Part shown: positions 59,924-64,000 of the stretch, piece after piece
Numbering within the stretch: the first letter of the stretch is position 1
Layout of the letters: each line of letters opens with the position of its first letter
DNA from: an uncultured Alphaproteobacteria bacterium
Lineage (GTDB): Bacteria > Pseudomonadota > Alphaproteobacteria > RF32 > CAG-239
Assembly (NCBI GenBank): GCA_934270475.1
Contig: CAKQPS010000003.1
Coordinates: 128,318-192,317 of the forward strand
DNA length: 64,000 nucleotides
Reading direction: 5' to 3'
Notes under the pieces: model-generated
Told to the model about the DNA's origin: nothing
Database searches by the model: none
The model's input: the letters and a program-made list of their open reading frames with translations, nothing else
Made by a program: the position numbers and the translations under genes

Positions 59924-60096
59924 CCTTTGGATTGCTTATTTTTCATCTTTCTTTCCTCATTTTAATGTTGATTATTACACTTAATTTAAGTCTGCAAACT
60001 GCAAATGTCAAATAATAAATTACAAACATCAAGTGTGGCATAAACAGAAAAGGAGATGTTTTGAACATCTCCTTTTGCAAACAATTTACCAAACGA

Positions 60097-60579
60097 TTAA
60101 CGTTTAGAGAATTGGTAAGAACGACGAGCTTTAGCTTTACCGTATTTTTTACGTTCTACAACACGATCATCACGTGTCAAGAAACCAGCTTGTTTCAAAA
60201 CTGTTCTCAATTCAGGCTCATATTCGTTCAAAGCTTTAGCGATACCATGTTTGATAGCGCCTGCTTGACCAGACAAACCGCCGCCTTTAACTGTGCAGAC
60301 AACGTCAAATTCATTTTCACGGTTGGCAACAACAAACGGCTGATTGATAACCATTTTCAAAACCGGACGGGCAAAGTATTCGTCCATAGATTTGTCGTTA
60401 ATGGTGATGTTGCCTTTACCAGGCATAACCCATACTCTAGCAACAGCGTCTTTTCTTTTACCGGTAGCATAAGAGCGACCTTTTTTGTCTTTTACAGACT
60501 TACGAGGAGCTTTAGCTTCTGTGTTAGCAGCAGTAGCAGCTTTAATATCTTGCAAAGATTCGATTTTTTTAGTAGCCAT
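60097..60579 (-). CDS. rpsI: 30S ribosomal protein S9
   Basis: C-terminal ...[16 protein letters not shown]; 160 aa. Confidence 0.95.
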   Translation of the reverse strand: MATKKIESLQDIKAATAANTEAKAPRKSVKDKKGRSYATGKRKDAVARVWVMPGKGNITINDKSMDEYFARPVLKMVINQPFVVANRENEFDVVCTVKGGGLSGQAGAIKHGIAKALNEYEPELRTVLKQAGFLTRDDRVVERKKYGKAKARRSYQFSKR

Positions 60580-61097
60580 TACAAAGCACTCCTTTTATTT
60601 TTAGGGTTTTGAGAAGCAATATCCAAAACAATCGGATTTTGCGCAGTATGAGGGTGGTTTTCACCAGCATATACTTTTAATTTTGTCATCATCTGACGAC
60701 CCAGCGGATTGCGGGAAATCATACGTTCAACAGCTTTTTGAATAACTCTTTCAGGGAAACGGCTGTTCAAAATTTTACCAGCTGTAGTATCTTTTACGCT
60801 GCCAATAAAGCCAGTGTGCTGATAATAGTGTTTATCAGTCAATTTTTTACCCGTTAATTTAACTTTGTCTGCGTTAATAACAACAACATAGTCGCCGCAG
60901 TCCAAGTTCGGAGTAAAATAAGGTTTGTTCTTTCCGCGGAGAATCTTAGCGATTTCAGCAGAAAGTCTGCCCAAAATAACACCGCTGGCATCAACAATAT
61001 ACCATTTTCTTTCGATGTCGGCAGGTTTTGTAGAATGTGTAGAAATCATTTTTATCTCTTTCTTAAAAATGTTATTAAATTCGCTCTTAATATACAC
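60579..61097 (-). CDS. rplM: 50S ribosomal protein L13 (probable start ATG 61049)
   Basis: [40 protein letters not shown] matches the L13 N-terminus; AAGAGAG RBS. Confidence 0.95.
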   Translation of the reverse strand: MYIKSEFNNIFKKEIKMISTHSTKPADIERKWYIVDASGVILGRLSAEIAKILRGKNKPYFTPNLDCGDYVVVINADKVKLTGKKLTDKHYYQHTGFIGSVKDTTAGKILNSRFPERVIQKAVERMISRNPLGRQMMTKLKVYAGENHPHTAQNPIVLDIASQNPKNKRSAL

Positions 61098-61264
61098 AAA
61101 CTTTATGCGTTGTCAACCTAAAAAATATACATTTTTCAATATTTTATTTTAATGGTATTATATTACCGTATTGGTAACTGATTGAAAAATAAAGATAAAA
61201 TAAAGCAGTAAAAATAAAATCCTTGAAAACTCAAGGATTTATAAGGTTTGCGGCAAAGTGCCTG

Positions 61265-62161
61265 TCAGGACTTAAAGTTTAGCCCCCAGTCGCTGTAGCG
61301 GGCAGGGTCATTGCCCCAGTTTTCACGAACTTTTACAAATAAAAACAAATGGATACGCTCTTCCAACAGCTCTTCCAGCTCCAAACGCGCGGCTTGTCCG
61401 ATTTTTTTTATCATCGCGCCGTTGTGACCAATGATTATGGTTTTATGACCTTCGCGCTCCACATAAATTGTCATTTCCGCGCGGATAGAACCGTCCGGCT
61501 TATGCTCCCATAATTCCGGTTCAACCGTCAGTGCATAGGGCAGTTCTTGGCGTAGATTTAAAAACAATTTTTCGCGCACGATTTCCGCCGCCAGCAGTTT
61601 CAGCGGCATATCCGACATCTGTTCTTCAGGATAATACCACGGACTTTCCGGCAGATTCTCGGCTAAATATTCATAAAAATCGGTTATATGGTCGCCTGAC
61701 TGAGCCGAAAACATAAACACGGCGTCAAAGTGAAACAGATTCTCAAACTCTTCTTTCAGCTCGTCCAAACGTTCTTGCGATACCAAATCCGTTTTGTTAA
61801 AAGCTAACACCGCATGAGCATCTCTTTTAATCAATTCATCAATAATCGCTGATGTTTCCTCATTCATACCGCGTTTGGCGTCAACCACCAAAACATTTAT
61901 ATCCGCATCGCCAAAACCATTCCAAGCCGATGCGACCATAGCTCTGTCCAAGCGGCGTTTCGGCACAAAAATCCCCGGCGTGTCAAAAAAAATTATTTGC
62001 GTATTGTCATAAATGCCAATGCCTTTAATGGTGGTGCGGGTGGTTTGCGCTTTAGGCGACACAATAGAAACTTTTGAGCCGACAAAGTTGTTGGTTATGG
62101 TCGATTTTCCGGCATTCGGCGCGCCAATCAAAGCAACAAATCCACAGCGAGTTTTTTTCAT
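61265..62161 (-). CDS. era: GTPase Era
   Basis: G1 GAPNAGKST, G3 DTPG, G4 NKTD, C-terminal KH domain; 298 aa. Confidence 0.9.
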   Translation of the reverse strand: MKKTRCGFVALIGAPNAGKSTITNNFVGSKVSIVSPKAQTTRTTIKGIGIYDNTQIIFFDTPGIFVPKRRLDRAMVASAWNGFGDADINVLVVDAKRGMNEETSAIIDELIKRDAHAVLAFNKTDLVSQERLDELKEEFENLFHFDAVFMFSAQSGDHITDFYEYLAENLPESPWYYPEEQMSDMPLKLLAAEIVREKLFLNLRQELPYALTVEPELWEHKPDGSIRAEMTIYVEREGHKTIIIGHNGAMIKKIGQAARLELEELLEERIHLFLFVKVRENWGNDPARYSDWGLNFKS

Positions 62162-62162
62162 G

Positions 62163-62816
62163 CTATTTATCCATTATTTCTAAAAGATTGTGAGCCGCTT
62201 GTTGTTCGGCAGCTTTTTTGTTTTTACCTTGTCCAAAGGCAAATTTTTCATCATTCAGCGCAACTTTAACCTTAAACATAGGCTCATGCTCGCTGCCTTC
62301 TTTGGCTATCAGTTCATAAACTGGTGAAGGTTGGCGCAAGGCGTGGAATTTTTCCTGCAAGCTGGTTTTGAAGTCTTTTTGCGAACCGGAAGCGGATTGG
62401 TCTATCATATCTTTCCAGTTGTGCTCCACAAAAGCAATTGCCTGCTCAATGTCGGAGTCAATATAAATAGCGCCGATAACAGCTTCACCCACATCGCATA
62501 AAACGTTTACGCTTTTGATGGTTTCTTTGTCTTTGGCAATTATATAGTCATTTAAGTGCAGTTTTCTAGCCACTTCGGCAACAGCGTCGGCGCAAACTAG
62601 TTTAACATGGCGCTGCGAGAGCTGACCTTCGCGGTCGTCGGGAAACATTTTAAACAGCAAATGCGCCATGGTCATACCCAGCACGCGGTCGCCTAAAAAT
62701 TCCAAACGCTCATAGTTGCGGTGCTCGTTGTTGGTAACACTGCTGTGCGTCAGCGCTTGTGTCAGCAGGCGCGGATTGTTAAAGTGATATTGCAAAATAT
62801 CTTCAAGCTGCGGCAT
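62163..62816 (-). CDS. rnc: ribonuclease III
   Basis: RNase III signature ERLEFLGDRVLGM; C-terminal dsRBD (GQGKNKKAAEQQAAHNLL). Confidence 0.9.
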   Translation of the reverse strand: MPQLEDILQYHFNNPRLLTQALTHSSVTNNEHRNYERLEFLGDRVLGMTMAHLLFKMFPDDREGQLSQRHVKLVCADAVAEVARKLHLNDYIIAKDKETIKSVNVLCDVGEAVIGAIYIDSDIEQAIAFVEHNWKDMIDQSASGSQKDFKTSLQEKFHALRQPSPVYELIAKEGSEHEPMFKVKVALNDEKFAFGQGKNKKAAEQQAAHNLLEIMDK

Positions 62817-62819
62817 TTT

Positions 62820-63650
62820 CTAGTAAATTCCTTTAAAAAAGCGATTCCAGCGAATAGCCTTGAACCATGTCCACGGCTCATAAATTTCGCCTTTATCATT
62901 GTGAGAAAAGAAAATAAAACGGGCTTTGCCGACTAAATTTTCTTTTGGCACAAAACCAACGCTTATACGGCTGTCATCCGAACGGTCGCGGTTATCGCCC
63001 ATCATAAAAAATGAATCTTCAGGCACTACAAAAACATCAGTATTGTCCACAATGCGTTCATTGTCTGAAATTTCAATAATTTTATGCTGCTTTCCTTCCG
63101 GCAAAGTTTCGGTGTATTGATGATAGAATTCCGGAATTTCCACATATTCATCAATCATATAACGTTCTGTTTCTTTGCGGTCAATAAGCTGGTCGTTAAT
63201 ATATAAGCGACCTTCTTTAACTTGCACTCTGTCCCCCGGTAAGCCGACAATGCGTTTAATAAAATCCGTATCCGGCTTTTTGGTTGGTCTAAAAACCACC
63301 ACATCGCCGCGTTGCGGCTGGTCGTACCAAATGCGTCCTTCAAACAGCGGCAGTCCCGCCGGAAAAGAATAGCGCGAATAGCCGTAGGTGTATTTGCTGA
63401 CAAACAAATAGTCGCCAACCCGCAAAGTGGGATACATTGAGCCGGACGGAATACGGAAAGGCTCAAACAAAAAACTACGTATGATTAACGCAATAAAAAT
63501 TGCTAAAAATACGGTTTTTATATTTTCGGAAAACGAGTTTCCATTTTCATCAAAGGTTGGAACGGCAGGTTGATTTTTTGCGGGTAGAAAAACATTCTTA
63601 ATAATTTCTCGCACTTTTTTATTCCTCATTGTCAAAATCATCGCTGTCAT
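62820..63650 (-). CDS. lepB: signal peptidase I
   Basis: Box B IPSGSMYPTL (catalytic Ser), box D RGDVVVF, box E FMMGDNRDRSDDSR; N-terminal TM segment. Confidence 0.9.
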   Translation of the reverse strand: MTAMILTMRNKKVREIIKNVFLPAKNQPAVPTFDENGNSFSENIKTVFLAIFIALIIRSFLFEPFRIPSGSMYPTLRVGDYLFVSKYTYGYSRYSFPAGLPLFEGRIWYDQPQRGDVVVFRPTKKPDTDFIKRIVGLPGDRVQVKEGRLYINDQLIDRKETERYMIDEYVEIPEFYHQYTETLPEGKQHKIIEISDNERIVDNTDVFVVPEDSFFMMGDNRDRSDDSRISVGFVPKENLVGKARFIFFSHNDKGEIYEPWTWFKAIRWNRFFKGIY

Positions 63651-64000
63651 CAGCGCTGTTATCTAAAATATCGTCTTCTTCCGGACCGTCCAGCAGCAAA
63701 TCGTCTTCCATATCCGATTTTTTGCGCCGACCGCGGCGTTTTTGTAGCGGTGAACGGTGCTGTAAGGCGCTGATAACATATTGCCCACTGACTTTGTATA
63801 AGTCACCCAAGTGGTTGTTATACATATGGTCGGCGTCTTCAATCAAGGCAAAATCTATGTCGACATTGCGCTGCTGATTGAGTTTGTGCGCCATACTTTC
63901 AACCATTGCTGGAGATGCAATTTCATCTCTTCCGCCCTGTACAATCAAGCCGGAAGCCGGACACGGAGCTAAAAATGAAAAGTCTTTTTCGTTTGCCGGA
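63619..64000 (-). CDS. alpha/beta hydrolase (dienelactone hydrolase/peptidase S9-like) C-terminal fragment with an acidic tail; 5' end outside the window
   Basis: ...LIVQGGRDEIASPAMVESMAHKL...DADHMY (catalytic Asp/His region), then DDLLLDGPEEDDILDNSADDSDDFDNEE; the frame stays open to the window edge. Confidence 0.5.
   Translation of the reverse strand, partial: PANEKDFSFLAPCPASGLIVQGGRDEIASPAMVESMAHKLNQQRNVDIDFALIEDADHMYNNHLGDLYKVSGQYVISALQHRSPLQKRRGRRKKSDMEDDLLLDGPEEDDILDNSADDSDDFDNEE

Noticed and set aside
59760-59984. 74-aa plus-strand ORF upstream of the pilin-like gene
   Set aside because: Overlaps the probable promoter, leader and (AG)7 region of the pilin-like gene; no RBS; likely non-coding.

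Overview
The window is a chromosomal segment of a moderately AT-rich (about 40-45% GC) bacterium. The operon order rlpA, D-Ala-D-Ala carboxypeptidase, tmk, holB, tatD, MBL-fold hydrolase, together with lepB-rnc-era and rplM-rpsI, fits an alphaproteobacterium, possibly a host-associated Rickettsiales- or Holosporales-like organism; this is an inference from gene order only.

Housekeeping content: a cold-shock protein 3' end, greA, a PMM-folA-thyA operon, a sensor histidine kinase, mutS-mazG-priA, rpiB-glyA, mscL, cell-wall remodelling genes, rsmB, lpxA, a GT4 glycosyltransferase, thrS, a homodimeric pyruvate:ferredoxin oxidoreductase (PFOR), rpsI/rplM, era, rnc and lepB.

Two regions stand out.

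(1) Positions 256-676, upstream of a secreted MORN/ankyrin-repeat protein gene, hold a tandem array of five related hairpins (an imperfect sixth half-copy at about 610-628 was not counted). Each has a conserved GUGA (GNRA-type) tetraloop and a 4-bp inner stem that changes by compensatory substitution (CATT/AATG, CGTT/AACG, TGTT/AACA); four of five also keep a conserved C.C mismatch, and the outer stems covary. Every wobble pair is G.U only on the + strand, so the array reads as a structured RNA transcribed toward the ankyrin gene from a sigma70-like promoter at 180-208.

(2) A mosaic prophage-like island of about 17 kb lies between priA and a tRNA-Ala/Asn/Cys cluster and ends in a small serine recombinase. 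It carries a repressor, a phage GroES-like co-chaperonin, structural and fibre genes, a holin plus SleB-type endolysin, a large terminase, a clear serum amyloid A (SAA)-domain homologue, a GNAT, a Q/N-rich protein, and two genes that share a diverged N-terminal module.

Other notes: an FNR/FixK-type box near PFOR; an inactive M16-like gene with strikingly atypical codon usage; a pilin-like gene with an (AG)7 tract upstream; an MscL with a Cys4 C-terminal tail; a eukaryote-type phosphomannomutase.

All calls rest on reading the sequence and ORF translations by eye; no database searches were run.
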